Below, piece by piece: positions 23,659 to 34,690 of a stretch of 64,000 nucleotides of DNA. Location: assembly GCA_965238225.1 (NCBI GenBank), contig OZ250183.1:1658050-1722049 (forward strand), in the 5' to 3' direction. The notes below the pieces were generated by a model. The model was not told the origin of the DNA, did no database searches, and saw only the letters and a program-made list of their open reading frames with translations. The position numbers were made by a program, and so were the translations under genes. Each line of letters starts with the position of its first letter. The stretch's first letter is position 1. The DNA comes from Gammaproteobacteria bacterium. Lineage in GTDB: Bacteria > Pseudomonadota > Gammaproteobacteria > Eutrophobiales > Eutrophobiaceae.

Positions 23659-23936
23659 AAAAATTCCTCTAGACACAATAATAAAAAGGGCAATCATAAA
23701 AAGAGTAACTGGAGGGCTTACTCCCAGCGATTAAGACGCGTGGATTCTACTTGAAACTACCCTATTTTGTCTATCTTGGATTCGATAATGTAAGTGCAAT
23801 GTAAGTTATATAGCGAGTAAATCAACCCAAGAAATGCCAACCTGATTAAGTAATTTCTTAATGTATGACGAGACCAAATTAGTTTGGTTATTAATGTGCA
23901 TGCTGACTCATTACCATCTGTTTTAATTAATTCCAA

Positions 23937-24090
23937 TGGTGTAGGTAGCAGGAGTCGAATCCGTGTCCGCAAGCACTCTACTTTGGCTCTGCATGTTTAT
24001 TCTATCTATTAATTTAGTCCTAATATTACCCGACAAACAGAGAAAATACAGAGCGAGTTCGGATAGGTTTTAACGAATCCACACCCAAGT
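23937..24090 (-). pseudogene. ssrA: Degenerate 3' fragment of tmRNA
   Basis: Minus strand ...taaattaatagatagaataaacatgcagagcc...gcggacacggattcgactcctgctacctacacca resembles the gammaproteobacterial tmRNA 3' end (...AAGCATGTAG...GGACGCGGGTTCRACTCCCGCC.CCTCCACCA); T-stem disrupted; no 5' half or tag ORF seen. Confidence 0.75.
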
Positions 24091-24145
24091 ATTTACTGTA
24101 AACGGTAACTGAGGAAACACTTAGGCTGGCATTCCGCTTGCAGGT

Positions 24146-24978
24146 TCATTTTAAATGTGTGTTCAGGGTAATAAACTCGCATTGTGCCTGCGTATTTAGC
24201 CTGATTGGTAGTATACTTGTCCCTACCCCGCCGTAACAAACACCTGTCGATCAGCATCTTGATATAAACCGCAATGTGATTCCTTCGGAGCATCAGTTGG
24301 CACCCAAAGCGATCCGATAAATGGCAAGCTAATTTGACCACAGTGCGTGTGTCCCGCCAGCACTAATCCCGTAACACGCGGATCAAATGCCGCTGCAGGA
24401 TCATGTGTTAAACTAAGTCTCTTGCTATTTATACAGCTCTCTGGGAAACCAACATAAGAAAATTGTTCAGAATAGTGGTCGCCTAATCCACGCACACATA
24501 GATCTAAAGATTTAACTTTTACCACAGTGTTTTCCAAGACAGTTATTCCAGCATGGGTAAGCGATGTATGCCACTTTGCAGAGGATGTCCAGTTGTCATG
24601 ATTACCTAAAACTGCAATAGTAGGTATGCCATTTGTGGCTGCCATAGCTTTAGCAATGACTGGCTGATGTTGATCAATATTATAAGCATCAGGGTTCTTA
24701 ATATAATCGCCACCGAACAAAATGACATCAGACCTCGCAGCAACGACTGTTGCCATAACACCCTTGAGGTTTAGCAGTGCCTCCGGGCTGCTATCAATAT
24801 GAAGATCGCTTAGAAAAGCGATTTGTATTGAGCCACCATAATTTTGCAAGGTCTTATTGTTCCCTGATAGATGTAAAGTAGTTCTATTCACTTGGACGTT
24901 GGAAGTAACATCCATCATCAGCCAAAAGCTAACGCTTATAAGTGTAAGGATAATTAAAGAGGGTTTTACAGTTTTCAT
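24146..24978 (-). CDS. Metallophosphoesterase (YkuE/YaeI-like), 1-nt frameshift near the 3' end
   Basis: SDLH, GGDY, VLGNHD, THDP, LAGHTHCGQ motifs; the GVGTSILPIRLN tail continues in another frame after the G run at about 24226, stop at 24146. Confidence 0.88.
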
Positions 24979-25105
24979 AGAAAATTCTTGTATAGAAATC
25001 CCCTGATGAATTTAATTACCCAGTGTAGAGTATTATCACCTTGGTGCATCAATATTAAAAATTCAAATGAGGAACAGTAAACTTAGTTTACTGTGTTAGT
25101 GTAAT

Positions 25106-25675
25106 TTACTTTGTTAAATCTTGTGTGTAGATGTAAATACCTTCATCGTCTTTTAGCAGACCAAAAAAATTCTGATATGGGAATAACTGCCTATCCAATA
25201 TAATCACATAAAAAATCAGCACAAATTCGACTCCCATTACTATCAAAACCCCTAAACCTGTAAAATATTCTGCAAGATAAACTGCAGATTTAAGCATAAT
25301 AATGAGAAGTATTGCCGAGAGATTATCGTATATATCAGCCTGTTCTTTGTACATCAAGTAAACAATGTAGCCAATAAGTGGTAGCCAAAAAATTAATTCT
25401 ATGGCGATGACAGAAGGCGTAGGATCAGGGCTAGCCGAACAGGCTGCTATCAAAAGAAGTGTCAGGCAAAAAAATACTAACGCTAAAAGGATCCAAAGCA
25501 GAATTTTACTTGCTATATTATATTTTTCTGCCAAATGTCGGTCGGGTCGCCTAGCCAGATATGCCGAAACCTCTTGCTTATCTAAACCAGCTTCAATAGC
25601 TCTATTAAATATTTCGCGTTTTTCTACACCCTCTTTAAAGAGGGATTTTACGATTTTCATAGAAAATTTTTCCAT
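25106..25675 (-). CDS. Hypothetical 4-TM membrane protein, paralog 1
   Basis: 189 aa, strong RBS (AAGGAG), colinear similarity to 25771-26364. Confidence 0.85.
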   Translation of the reverse strand: MEKFSMKIVKSLFKEGVEKREIFNRAIEAGLDKQEVSAYLARRPDRHLAEKYNIASKILLWILLALVFFCLTLLLIAACSASPDPTPSVIAIELIFWLPLIGYIVYLMYKEQADIYDNLSAILLIIMLKSAVYLAEYFTGLGVLIVMGVEFVLIFYVIILDRQLFPYQNFFGLLKDDEGIYIYTQDLTK

Positions 25676-25770
25676 AAGAAACTCCTTTAGTGAATTGAAT
25701 ATCTAATGTAGAGCATTATTGCCTTGATGCATTAATATTAAAAATTGAAGTCAGAAATAATCAATGTAGT

Positions 25771-26364
25771 TTACTGTGTTTTAGCACGCGCCCCTGTTGA
25801 AGCCTGTGTGTAGATGTATATGCCATCATCGGTTTTTCGCCGACCAAATTTTCGCCGACCAACTAAATTCTGATATGGAAATAATTTCTTCCTCAATGCA
25901 AGCATATACATAATAAACGTGAATTCGATTCCCATTACCACCACAACCCCTAAACCTGTAAAATACTCTGTAAGATAAACTGAGGATTTAAGCATAACCA
26001 TTAGAAATATTGCTGAGAGATTATCGTATATATAAGCTTCTTTTTTGTATACTAGGTAAATGCTGTACCCAATAATTGGTATCCAAAAAATCAATTCTGT
26101 GATTAAAGTAACACGCGAGAGAGTAGGGTTAAACGAAAGCACTGCTAGACCAAGAAATACTAGTACTGAAAGAATCCAGATCAAAATCTTACTTATTTTG
26201 TTGTATCTTTCCGCCAAATGTCGGTCGGGCTGCCCAGCCAAATATCTCGAAACCTCTATCCTATCTAAACCAGCTTCAACAGCTCTGCCAAATATTTCAT
26301 GTTTTCCCACGCCCTCTTTAAAGAGAAATTTTACAGTTTTCATAGAAAATTCTTCCATAGACAC
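25771..26364 (-). CDS. Hypothetical 4-TM membrane protein, paralog 2
   Basis: 197 aa; shares LFKEGV, EAGLD, PDRHLAE, IYDNLSAI, LFPYQN, GIYIYTQ with paralog 1; contains a 15-bp tandem duplication (GRRKF GRRK). Confidence 0.85.
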   Translation of the reverse strand: MSMEEFSMKTVKFLFKEGVGKHEIFGRAVEAGLDRIEVSRYLAGQPDRHLAERYNKISKILIWILSVLVFLGLAVLSFNPTLSRVTLITELIFWIPIIGYSIYLVYKKEAYIYDNLSAIFLMVMLKSSVYLTEYFTGLGVVVVMGIEFTFIMYMLALRKKLFPYQNLVGRRKFGRRKTDDGIYIYTQASTGARAKTQ

Positions 26365-26609
26365 TCCTCAATGAATTTAATATCTGGTATAAGGTACTAT
26401 TGCCTTACTGCATTATATTAGAAATTATTGACGTATACCTCATTTAACGAGCACGCAACGAAAACTTCCACATTTAGGAAACATTTCACCTTCTGAGTTT
26501 AAAAAAACAGACCATATAGCTCATGTCCGTTTTATGGGATACAGATTACCATATTAAAATTAATTCTTTTATCTATAATAATATAGTCAATATAACTGCA
26601 AGAAAAATA

Positions 26610-27740
26610 TTGGAAACCACAATAAAATTAGCCAAAGACTTAATAAGCAGGCGTTCTCTGACTCCTGAAGATAATGGCTGTCAGCTTATGTTGGCCAATA
26701 GGCTGGAGACCATAGGCTTCAAGGCAACACATTTACGCTATGAAGATGTCGATAATCTCTGGATTACGCATGGGGGTGGCGATCCCGTCTTTGCCTTTGT
26801 CGGTCACACCGATGTCGTCCCTACAGGCTCTCTGAATCAATGGGTGTCAGATCCTTTTGTGCCAGAAGTTAGGGATGGCATACTGTATGGTCGCGGTGCT
26901 GCTGATATGAAAGGTGGTATTGCTGCATTTATGACTGCGGTTGAAAGATTCATTACCGAAACCCCAGAACATCAAGGCACTGTCGCCCTATTAATTACCA
27001 GTGATGAGGAAGGGGCTGCTATTTGTGGCACACGCAAAGTCGTTGAGTATCTGGAAGAAAATAACATCAAGATTAGATGGTGTCTGGTAGGCGAACCTTC
27101 CAGTGAAAAAAAAGTAGGTGATGTGGTAAAAAACGGTCGTCGAGGTTCGCTGGGAGGAAAATTAATTGTACGTGGGATTCAAGGTCATATTGCCTATCCC
27201 CATCTGGCGGAAAACCCTATTCATAAATTAAGTCCGGCTTTAAATGAACTTTGCGTTAAGGTTTGGGATAAAGGTGATGAATTTTATCCACCCACTTCTT
27301 TTCAGGTATCAAATATTCATTCCGGAACTGGTGCAGATAATGTCATTCCAGGAGAAATAGAAGTGCTATTTAATTATCGTTTTTGCACGACAATAACCGA
27401 ACAAGAACTGAAAATAGAGACACAAGCAATTCTTGATAAATATAACCTCGACTATGAGTTAAACTGGAAACTTTCTGGTAATCCGTTCCTCACCACCGGA
27501 GGTGATTTAATCGATGCCGTCAAGCAATCCGTCAGGGATGTCGTGGGGTTAGAGGTCAAACTTTCCACCAGCGGCGGTACTTCAGATGGTCGCTTCCTCG
27601 CGCCTACAGGAGCTGAGGTTGTGGAACTTGGTTCAATTAATGAAACCATACATAAATTGAATGAATGTGTCAGTATAGATGACTTAAATTTACTTGCAAA
27701 AATGTATGAAAATATTCTGAATATTCTACTTAAGCAATAA
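26610..27740 (+). CDS. dapE: Succinyl-diaminopimelate desuccinylase
   Basis: GHTDVVP, GRGAADMKG, SDEEG, KNGRRGS, GGTSDGRF; start placed at in-frame TTG 26610. Confidence 0.95.
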   Translation: METTIKLAKDLISRRSLTPEDNGCQLMLANRLETIGFKATHLRYEDVDNLWITHGGGDPVFAFVGHTDVVPTGSLNQWVSDPFVPEVRDGILYGRGAADMKGGIAAFMTAVERFITETPEHQGTVALLITSDEEGAAICGTRKVVEYLEENNIKIRWCLVGEPSSEKKVGDVVKNGRRGSLGGKLIVRGIQGHIAYPHLAENPIHKLSPALNELCVKVWDKGDEFYPPTSFQVSNIHSGTGADNVIPGEIEVLFNYRFCTTITEQELKIETQAILDKYNLDYELNWKLSGNPFLTTGGDLIDAVKQSVRDVVGLEVKLSTSGGTSDGRFLAPTGAEVVELGSINETIHKLNECVSIDDLNLLAKMYENILNILLKQ

Positions 27741-27843
27741 GTCAGCCTGGCTTTAACTGTTTAAATTCCAGAGACCTACATTTCTAAGCAGCTTGGATAT
27801 AGACTTATAGTTAGGCATTATCCAAGGTGTTAACGGAGGAATT

Positions 27844-29361
27844 ATGACCACCATTAAACAACAAGATCTCATCGACAGCGTTGCCGATGCATTGCAGTTT
27901 ATTTCTTTTTACCATCCAGTTGATTTTATCCAAGCGGTACACGAGGCTTATAAGAAAGAAGAATCAAAAGCTGCTAAAGATGCCATGGCACAGATCCTAA
28001 TCAATTCTCGCATGTGTGCACAAGGACACCGACCCATCTGCCAAGATACTGGGATTGTAAACGTATTTATCAAGGTCGGGATGGGCGTTCAATGGGATAC
28101 AGAAATGGGTTTAGCAGATATAATTAATGAAGGTGTACGGCGTGCCTATAATCATCCTGATAATGTCTTACGTGCTTCCATCCTGTCTGACCCTGCTGGC
28201 GCTAGAAAAAATACAGGCGATAACACGCCTGCTGTGATTCATACAGAAATCGTCAAAGGTGATACGGTAGACGTACAAGTAGCTGCCAAGGGTGGTGGTT
28301 CAGAGGCAAAATCCAAGTTCGTCATGTTAAACCCGTCAGACGATATCGCAGATTGGGTAGTTAAAACGGTGCCGACTATGGGTGCAGGCTGGTGCCCCCC
28401 TGGCATGCTGGGAATTGGCATTGGCGGCACCGCCGAAAAAGCCATGTTGCTTGCTAAGGAATCATTGATGCAGCCTATTGATATCCATAAACTCAAGGCG
28501 CATGGCGCGCAAAACCGAGTCGAGGAATTGCGCCTAGAAATCTTTGATGCTGTCAATGAGCTTGGCATAGGTGCGCAAGGTTTAGGTGGATTAACTACAG
28601 TGCTTGATGTCAAGATTATGGACTATCCGACCCATGCTGCAAACAAGCCCGTGGCCATGATTCCAAACTGCGCTGCGACCCGTCACGCACATTTTGTTTT
28701 GAATGGTTCAGGGCCTTCATTACAAACGCCGCCAAGTCTGGATAATTGGCCTGATATAGTATGGGATATAGCGCCGTCCGCAAAGCGAGTGAATCTAGAC
28801 ACCATCACCCGCGATGAAATCAGCACTTGGCAACTAGGAGAGACTCTATTGTTGTCTGGCAAGATGTTAACTGGAAGAGACGCTGCACATAAGCGTATTC
28901 AGGATATTCTACACAAAAAAGAAACCCTTCCTAGTGGTGTCGATTTTACAGATCGTTTTATATATTACGTCGGCCCGGTTTCCCCTGTTCGTAAAGAGGT
29001 CGTAGGTCCCGCTGGACCAACGACTGCCACACGCATGGATAAATTCACCGAGATGATGCTGGATAAAACTGGACTTATAGGCATGATTGGTAAGGCAGAA
29101 CGAGGACTTTCCGGCATCGAAGCCATTAAAAAACATAAAGCCGTTTATTTAATGGCCGTCGGTGGCGCTGCTTACCTTGTATCGAAAGCAATTGTTAATG
29201 CAAAAGTCATTGCTTTTCCAGAATTAGGCATGGAAGCAATCCATGAATTCGAAGTTAAGGATATGCCCGTAACAGTTGCTGTTGATACTGATGGAAACGC
29301 TGTTCATCAAACTGGCCCACAGGAATGGAAAAAAATTATATTACAAAGAAAATCGGTCTAA
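27844..29361 (+). CDS. Class I (Fe-S) fumarate hydratase
   Basis: PICQDTG, KGGGSE, GAGWCPP, GPTTATRM. Confidence 0.95.
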   Translation: MTTIKQQDLIDSVADALQFISFYHPVDFIQAVHEAYKKEESKAAKDAMAQILINSRMCAQGHRPICQDTGIVNVFIKVGMGVQWDTEMGLADIINEGVRRAYNHPDNVLRASILSDPAGARKNTGDNTPAVIHTEIVKGDTVDVQVAAKGGGSEAKSKFVMLNPSDDIADWVVKTVPTMGAGWCPPGMLGIGIGGTAEKAMLLAKESLMQPIDIHKLKAHGAQNRVEELRLEIFDAVNELGIGAQGLGGLTTVLDVKIMDYPTHAANKPVAMIPNCAATRHAHFVLNGSGPSLQTPPSLDNWPDIVWDIAPSAKRVNLDTITRDEISTWQLGETLLLSGKMLTGRDAAHKRIQDILHKKETLPSGVDFTDRFIYYVGPVSPVRKEVVGPAGPTTATRMDKFTEMMLDKTGLIGMIGKAERGLSGIEAIKKHKAVYLMAVGGAAYLVSKAIVNAKVIAFPELGMEAIHEFEVKDMPVTVAVDTDGNAVHQTGPQEWKKIILQRKSV

Positions 29362-29371
29362 AAACATAGAA

Positions 29372-30337
29372 TTAAAAATGACGATACGAACTCCCCGAGG
29401 GTTCAAAAAAAGCACCTTCATGATCTTTTAACCGCAACCCATCTTCCGCTTTAATCCTGCCAATACAGCTCACTGGAATATTTATTTCCTCAAAGAGGCT
29501 GATAATAAGATCATGTTTGGCAGCTTTTGCCGTAAAACATAATTTATAATCATCTCCAGAAATCAGTGCATAATTCCAAGCAGTTTTTTCATCTAAGCAT
29601 TGCTGCATTGCTTGTGACAATGGTATTCTTTTAATTTCAATTTCTGCGCCAACGTAACTAGAGTCTAGTATATGTCCAAGGTCAGCAATTAAACCATCTG
29701 ATATATCAATTGCACTACTCGCAATCTTTCTTAAACGAAGTCCTGCCTCGATACTTATCTCTGGCCTGTTAAGGCTATTAAGAAAAAAATCTTTATATTT
29801 ATTATCAATCGATAATTTACCTTGAACAATATCCAGACCAACACCAGCATCACCCAAAAAACCTGTGACATAAATCAAATCACCTTGCTTTGCACCATCA
29901 CGTTTAAGCGCAGTATCTATCGGAACCAATCCTTGTATCTGTAATGTGATAGAGAAAGCGCCCCTACTCATATCGCCACCAATAAGACTGACGCAATGCT
30001 GACTGGCAAGCTCAAAAAAACCAGACGCAAATTCTTTCAACCATGTTTCATCGTTTTCAGGAAGACTAACAGACAGTAAAACCCATTTTGGCAGTGCGCC
30101 CATGGCTGCCATATCGCTGAGATTAACGGCTAATGCTTTGTAGCCCACATCATAAGGGCTTGTCTTCTTAGGAAAATGTGTGCCCTCAACCAAAGTATCC
30201 ATTGAAAGTACAATATCCATGCCTTGAGGGACTTCAATGATAGCTGCATCGTCACCAATACCATATTTAACAGACGGATCTTCGCTTGAAAGATTTTGGA
30301 AATATCTTTTGATTAGCTCAAATTCTGACGCAGCCAT
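29372..30337 (-). CDS. thiL: Thiamine-monophosphate kinase
   Basis: EFELIKRYF, GIGDDAA, NLSDMAAMG, DISDGL. Confidence 0.96.
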   Translation of the reverse strand: MAASEFELIKRYFQNLSSEDPSVKYGIGDDAAIIEVPQGMDIVLSMDTLVEGTHFPKKTSPYDVGYKALAVNLSDMAAMGALPKWVLLSVSLPENDETWLKEFASGFFELASQHCVSLIGGDMSRGAFSITLQIQGLVPIDTALKRDGAKQGDLIYVTGFLGDAGVGLDIVQGKLSIDNKYKDFFLNSLNRPEISIEAGLRLRKIASSAIDISDGLIADLGHILDSSYVGAEIEIKRIPLSQAMQQCLDEKTAWNYALISGDDYKLCFTAKAAKHDLIISLFEEINIPVSCIGRIKAEDGLRLKDHEGAFFEPSGSSYRHF

Positions 30338-30364
30338 TCATCAAAAACCATGAATTAATAAACA

Positions 30365-30826
30365 TTATTTGTTCTTAGCTTTTCTGATTTCTTGTGCCAC
30401 CTTATCAAGAATACCATTAATATATTTATACGATTGTTCTGCGCCAAACATTTTAGCCAAATCAATCGCCTCATTTAATACCACTTTATACGGAAGTTCT
30501 GTATGAAATTTCAGTTCATAGATACCGGTTCGTAATATTGCTTTTTCAACAGGATCTAAATCATCTAATGCTCTATCTAATAAAGGAATTAATTGCTTGT
30601 CCAGATTTTCACATTCTGTCGTTACACCATTCACAATTTCTCTAAAATAACCCGTATCTGCTTTTTTTAATTCGGTACGTTCATTGATAAATTCATTAAT
30701 TACATCCTCTACAGAAATCTCTGACATTGACCATTGATACAATGCCTGTATTGCTGAACGACGTGCACGTGTGTATTTGCGTTTGGAAAAAGATTTCTTT
30801 GCGGGCGCTTCTTTGTTTGTTACCAC
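30365..30826 (-). CDS. nusB: Transcription antitermination factor NusB
   Basis: RARRSAIQALYQW, NEAIDLAKMFG, YINGILD. Confidence 0.96.
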   Translation of the reverse strand: MVTNKEAPAKKSFSKRKYTRARRSAIQALYQWSMSEISVEDVINEFINERTELKKADTGYFREIVNGVTTECENLDKQLIPLLDRALDDLDPVEKAILRTGIYELKFHTELPYKVVLNEAIDLAKMFGAEQSYKYINGILDKVAQEIRKAKNK

Positions 30827-31311
30827 TAATGTATTGCTCTAAAGACATTAATCATTTCAATGGCAGCCTCAGCAGCTTCTGCACCCTTATTGCTCTTTTC
30901 ATCGCTTGTTTTATCTCCTGCCCTGTCCATGGCTTGCTCTACATTATCAACTGTAAGTACGCCAAAGATCACAGGCGTGTCATTTGCTATGGCAATTTCA
31001 CCAAGACCTCGAGCACATTCTGAACATATATAGTCAAAATGAGAAGTTTCACCACGAATCACAGCACCCAAGGCGATTACCGCATCACATGTAATATATT
31101 TCACCACGCGCTGAACCGTTGATGGAATTTCAAAGACACCAGGCACACGCACGACAATGATATCTTGATCTTGCAAACCAGACTTTTTTAAGGTGTCGAG
31201 GCAGGCTTTAAGCAAACGCTTGACAATAAAACTATTAAAGCGGCTTGCAACGATAGTAATTTTCGCCCTATCTAGTTTTTTATTACCTTCAATTAAATTA
31301 TGTTCAGTCAT
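30826..31311 (-). CDS. ribH: Lumazine synthase
   Basis: SRFNSFIV, VPGVFEIP, GAVIRGETSHFDY. Confidence 0.96.
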   Translation of the reverse strand: MTEHNLIEGNKKLDRAKITIVASRFNSFIVKRLLKACLDTLKKSGLQDQDIIVVRVPGVFEIPSTVQRVVKYITCDAVIALGAVIRGETSHFDYICSECARGLGEIAIANDTPVIFGVLTVDNVEQAMDRAGDKTSDEKSNKGAEAAEAAIEMINVFRAIH

Positions 31312-31326
31312 TTGATAATCATTTAT

Positions 31327-32439
31327 TCAAGTTACATATTCAACAATTTCAAGACCATAACCTGAAATAGCATGAAATCGTTTTGGCGCACTCAATACCC
31401 GCATTTTTTGCACACCAAGATCAGATAATATCTGTGCACCAAGACCTATCGTTCTTTGGTCTTTTGTGTTCTTTTTATTCTGATGTACTGGCTTCTGAAA
31501 CGGCCCTTGGCAAAACGATTTTAATTGCTCGACCAATTCCTGTGATTCAAATTGGTTGCATAAAATCACTACAACCCCCTGCCCTTCATCTTGTATCCGT
31601 TGCAACACATCGCTAATTGGCCAAGCAGTATTTTCTCTTGATCTTCCTGTCAGATCATAAATTGGATTCTGCATATGCACACGAACCAATACAGAATCAT
31701 TTTTACCAATTTTACCTTTGATCATCGCCAAGTGTAGATTATTATCAGTGCTATCTTCGTAAGCTACGATTCTGAAATCACCATATTCTGTCGGTATTTC
31801 ATATTCAGCAATACGCGAGATCGTTTTTTCATTTTCGATTCGATATTGAATTAAATCTGCGATCGTACCCATTTTTAATTTATGTGTTTTGGCAAAGGCT
31901 TCCAGATCTGGCCGCCTTGCCATTGATCCATCATCTTTCATAATTTCTACGATCACAGCTGCCGGCACAAGACCTGCTAGTTTGGATAAATCGCATCCAG
32001 CTTCAGTATGGCCGGCACGTGACAAGATACCGCCAGGATGCGCCATTAAAGGAAAAACATGTCCTGGCTGCACTAGGTGAGAAGGCTCGGCATTCTCTGC
32101 TACCGCTTTTTGTATTGTAAGCGCTCTATCGGCAGCAGAAATTCCTGTAGTAACGCCTTCTGCCGCTTCAATGGACACAGTGAAGTTAGTGCCATGGCTC
32201 GAATAATTATTCCCCACCATCAATGGCAAGCTTAATGTTTTGCAACATTCACGTGTTAAGGTCAGACATATTAGACCCCTGCCATATCGAGCCATGAAAT
32301 TAATATCCTCTGCACGCACAGCAGATGCCGCCATAACAAGATCACCTTCATTTTCGCGATCTTCATCATCCATTAGGACAATGATCTTACCTGCTTGAAT
32401 ATCGTCAATAAGTTCTTTTGCTGTATTAAGCACCATCAA
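31327..32439 (-). CDS. ribB: DHBP synthase fused to a degenerate GTP cyclohydrolase II domain (RibBX type)
   Basis: DDEDRENEGD and RAGHTEA; C-terminal domain lacks the Zn-binding Cys motif after VRVH. Confidence 0.92.
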   Translation of the reverse strand: MMVLNTAKELIDDIQAGKIIVLMDDEDRENEGDLVMAASAVRAEDINFMARYGRGLICLTLTRECCKTLSLPLMVGNNYSSHGTNFTVSIEAAEGVTTGISAADRALTIQKAVAENAEPSHLVQPGHVFPLMAHPGGILSRAGHTEAGCDLSKLAGLVPAAVIVEIMKDDGSMARRPDLEAFAKTHKLKMGTIADLIQYRIENEKTISRIAEYEIPTEYGDFRIVAYEDSTDNNLHLAMIKGKIGKNDSVLVRVHMQNPIYDLTGRSRENTAWPISDVLQRIQDEGQGVVVILCNQFESQELVEQLKSFCQGPFQKPVHQNKKNTKDQRTIGLGAQILSDLGVQKMRVLSAPKRFHAISGYGLEIVEYVT

Positions 32440-32517
32440 ATATAAATTAATGTAAATAAATCAGTAGAATAAGAAAATTGCAATTATGACACACTTTCAT
32501 TGTTAACCCTGCAAACC

Positions 32518-33114
32518 CTAATTTCTATCTGCAATAAGTGACTCCATATAACGAGCCACAATATCAACCTCAAGATTAACTTTCCTGCCTTCGGTATATT
32601 CAGAAAATATGGTTTCTTTGAATGTGTGTGGAATGATGTTTACAGAAAATGTTGATTGTTCAGTATCATTTACCGTCAAACTGACACCGTCGATACAGAT
32701 CGATCCTTTCCTGCAGATATACTTTCCAAGTTCAGCGGAAAATTTTATTTCAAAGTGTTCCGATCTTGAATCTGAAAATTTATTTTGAATTATTCCCTTG
32801 CCATCAACATGACCACTCACCATATGCCCACCAAACCGCGATGAAAGTTGCATTGCCTTTTCAAGATTAACCTTATCACCGCAAGCAAGGTCATCAAAAG
32901 TTGTGCATGATAATGTTTCAACAGAAACATCCGCAGAAAAACTTTTTTTCTGTAAACCTACAGCGGTCAAACAAACGCCATTAACACTGATGCTATCACC
33001 CACCTCAACGTCTGACAGACTTAGTGAATCCGAAATAATGAAAAATCTTTTGTCAGAATCTATTACTTCAATAGATTCTATCTTGCCAGTGGCTTCTATG
33101 ATTCCAGTGAACAT
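32518..33114 (-). CDS. ribE: Riboflavin synthase alpha chain
   Basis: MFTGIIE start, GDSISVNGVCLT, GGHMVSGHVD. Confidence 0.96.
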   Translation of the reverse strand: MFTGIIEATGKIESIEVIDSDKRFFIISDSLSLSDVEVGDSISVNGVCLTAVGLQKKSFSADVSVETLSCTTFDDLACGDKVNLEKAMQLSSRFGGHMVSGHVDGKGIIQNKFSDSRSEHFEIKFSAELGKYICRKGSICIDGVSLTVNDTEQSTFSVNIIPHTFKETIFSEYTEGRKVNLEVDIVARYMESLIADRN

Positions 33115-33308
33115 AATAATTTTTATAATTTTATAATTTTCTGGTCATACCAGAACAATATTATCATTCTCTAATAAATTTATTCTGTTCTGCCCATGAT
33201 CTTTGTAGAACAAAATAATATACCAATCTTATCTTCATTATAAATCGACAGTGCTTCTTTAAATTTATACATATTGTTCTTTTTGGCTCATGTCATCATG
33301 CATCTCCA

Positions 33309-34318
<1,010 letters not shown>

Positions 34319-34690
34319 TTATTCCTGTCTGAATTAATTAATAATGTCATGCTAGGGAAAGTCTCATTTTATCCTATTGCCAGCTTCGTATATATATCCA
34401 TATTTATGTCTAAACTACCCAGAGAAAACCCAAAAATATATGGCTGAGATATAGATTTTAGCCAATGTTATCTTGTTTACATACAATACTCAGTCTTGCA
34501 TTTTAAGCAATCGGGGTGGTATACGCTCTTTATGTGTGTGTGACGCGCGCGCCCTAGTCGTTGACTATGTTCAGAGCTATATTCAGGATTCAGAGTTTTG
34601 ATCATTAACCATAGTCAATGCACATACTTCTAGTGTAGTCTAAAATTATAATTTTCTTAAGTTAATGTTTTCTTGGTTTATGATTAAGTC

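Larger units (their letters stand above)
24964..26426 (-). repeat. Three copies of a ~100-bp upstream/RBS/N-terminal module, period 682-683 bp
   Basis: Copies at 24964-25063, 25646-25746 and 26329-26426 share ttttac.g/attttcatagaaaatt...tgaatt.aat...cctt..tgcat..atatta.aaatt. Confidence 0.88.

Noticed and set aside
23757-23972. 71-aa ORF
   Set aside because: Overlaps the tmRNA relic and has no recognisable features.
23937-24010. Functional tRNA
   Set aside because: Only a broken T-arm and 3' acceptor strand; upstream sequence resembles tmRNA, with no D or anticodon arm.
24093-24341. 82-aa ORF as a separate gene
   Set aside because: Alternative frame overlapping the metallophosphoesterase 3' end.
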